In this document: positions 5,827 to 6,775 of the stretch, piece after piece
Layout of the letters: every line of letters starts with the position of its first letter
Numbering within the stretch: position 1 is the first letter of the stretch
Source: a virus
Lineage: Duplodnaviria; Heunggongvirae; Uroviricota; Caudoviricetes
IMG/VR virus record: IMGVR_UViG_2671180460_000004
Span: 1-6,775 of that record
Length of the DNA: 6,775 nucleotides
Strand: one strand, 5' to 3'
Position numbers and translations under genes: made by a program
Notes under the pieces: generated by a model
What the model was told of the DNA's origin: nothing
Database searches by the model: none
What the model saw: the letters and a program-made list of their open reading frames with translations, nothing else

Positions 5827-6775
5827 ACGGTGAACTGGTGGATATTCATGGGCAGCCTTTACGGCAAAGCATGGGATATTCTGGTGGTGGTTCCGGGTTC
5901 GGTGGGCAAATGGCAGAATGGCTGCCTGCACCGGAAAGTGCCGACGTGGCGCTCTTACCTTCCATTCATCTGGGTAACGCCCGCGCGGATGATCTGGTCC
6001 GTAACAACGGTATTGCATCGAATGCAGTGGAAATTCATAAGGATCATATTGTCGGGCACATGTTTCGTCTGAGTTACCGTCCCAACTGGCGCTGGCTGGG
6101 GATGTCGGAAGCAGATTCACATGCTTTTATTGAAGATGTTGAGGCGGCGTGGATGGAATACTGCGATCCGGTGTTTGGTACGATGGATGTGGAAGGGCGT
6201 CGTTCGTTTACCGAATTCATTCGTGAAGGGGTGGGTGTCCATACTTTTAATGGAGAAATTTTTGTCCAGCCTGTATGGGATGCGGAATCCACGTCATTAT
6301 TCCGGACGAAATTCAAAACCATCAGCCCGAAGCGTGTCAGTACACCCGGTTATGGTACCGGCGATCGTTTTATGCGTGCCGGGGTGGAAATAAACCGACA
6401 CGGAAAAGCGCTGGCCTACCATGTTCAGGATGATGACTGGCCCGGCTACGGTGTCAGTAAATGGACACGAATTACGGCAACACTGCCTTCCGGACGACCG
6501 GGAATGATCCATGTGTTTCAGCCACAGGAAGACGGGCAGACCCGCGGGGCCAACCAGTTTTATTCTGTAATGGAGCGTCTCAAGATGCTCGACACACTGC
6601 AGGCCACGCAACTGCAGTCGGCGGTGGTTCGCGCCATGTATGCCGCCACGATTGAATCCACACTGGATTCGGAAAAAGCGTTTGAATATATCGCCGGGGT
6701 GGGAGATGGAGGTAAAAATCCCCTGAACACCATCATGAAAGGCTACGCGCGTTATTACGCCACCAATACGGTAAA
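5823..6775 (+). CDS. B: Portal protein (lambda gpB homolog), 5' partial; the reading frame continues past the window end
   Basis: Frame 3 is open from 5763 to the window end, which is why the supplied track (complete ORFs only) does not list it. The translation ...GYSGGGSGFGGQ...LPSIHLGNARADDLVRNNGIASNAVEIHKDHIVG...FIREGV...FNGEIFVQ...IHVFQPQEDGQTRGANQFYSVMERLKMLDTLQATQLQSAVVRAMYAATIES closely matches lambda gpB. The proposed start is GTG 5823, with AGGAG at 5811-5815 seven nt upstream, overlapping the gpW stop (GTGA). Confidence 0.9.
   Translation, partial: MNGELVDIHGQPLRQSMGYSGGGSGFGGQMAEWLPAPESADVALLPSIHLGNARADDLVRNNGIASNAVEIHKDHIVGHMFRLSYRPNWRWLGMSEADSHAFIEDVEAAWMEYCDPVFGTMDVEGRRSFTEFIREGVGVHTFNGEIFVQPVWDAESTSLFRTKFKTISPKRVSTPGYGTGDRFMRAGVEINRHGKALAYHVQDDDWPGYGVSKWTRITATLPSGRPGMIHVFQPQEDGQTRGANQFYSVMERLKMLDTLQATQLQSAVVRAMYAATIESTLDSEKAFEYIAGVGDGGKNPLNTIMKGYARYYATNTV

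Noticed and set aside
5659-6120. Minus-strand ORF (153 aa) across the gpW/portal region
   Set aside because: Antisense to two well-supported genes; implausible composition.
5830-6655. Three + strand track ORFs (5830..6072, 6121..6393, 6461..6655)
   Set aside because: All are out of frame within the portal gene, whose own frame is open throughout and matches lambda gpB.
1-6775. tRNA, rRNA, CRISPR array, integrase, transposase or insertion-sequence ends
   Set aside because: No cloverleaf-like conserved tRNA motifs, no regularly spaced repeat-spacer array, and no ORF resembling a recombinase or transposase were found. The only repeats are the cosB elements and the tandem repeat at 2881-2946.

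Overview
This window is the late-gene junction of a lambda-like, cos-packaging temperate phage or prophage from an enterobacterial host, read left to right on the + strand. It runs: 3' end of a probable holin, a GH108-family endolysin, a terminator, a run of small membrane and lipoprotein ORFs, three small hypothetical genes, an AT-rich island with one small minus-strand gene, a cos site (cosQ/cosN/cosB), then terminase small subunit (Nu1-like), terminase large subunit (gpA-like), gpW-like head-tail joining protein and the 5' part of the portal gene (gpB-like), which runs off the window end. The packaging genes and cos are assigned by direct similarity to phage lambda sequences recalled from memory; no searches were run. 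The endolysin call rests on a recalled family motif. No tRNA, rRNA, CRISPR array or transposase was seen. The candidate novel material lies between the endolysin and cos (about 780-2950): no canonical Rz/Rz1 spanin pair is recognisable, and the small genes there have no function I can assign. All promoter and small-ORF calls are from sequence inspection only and carry low confidence.
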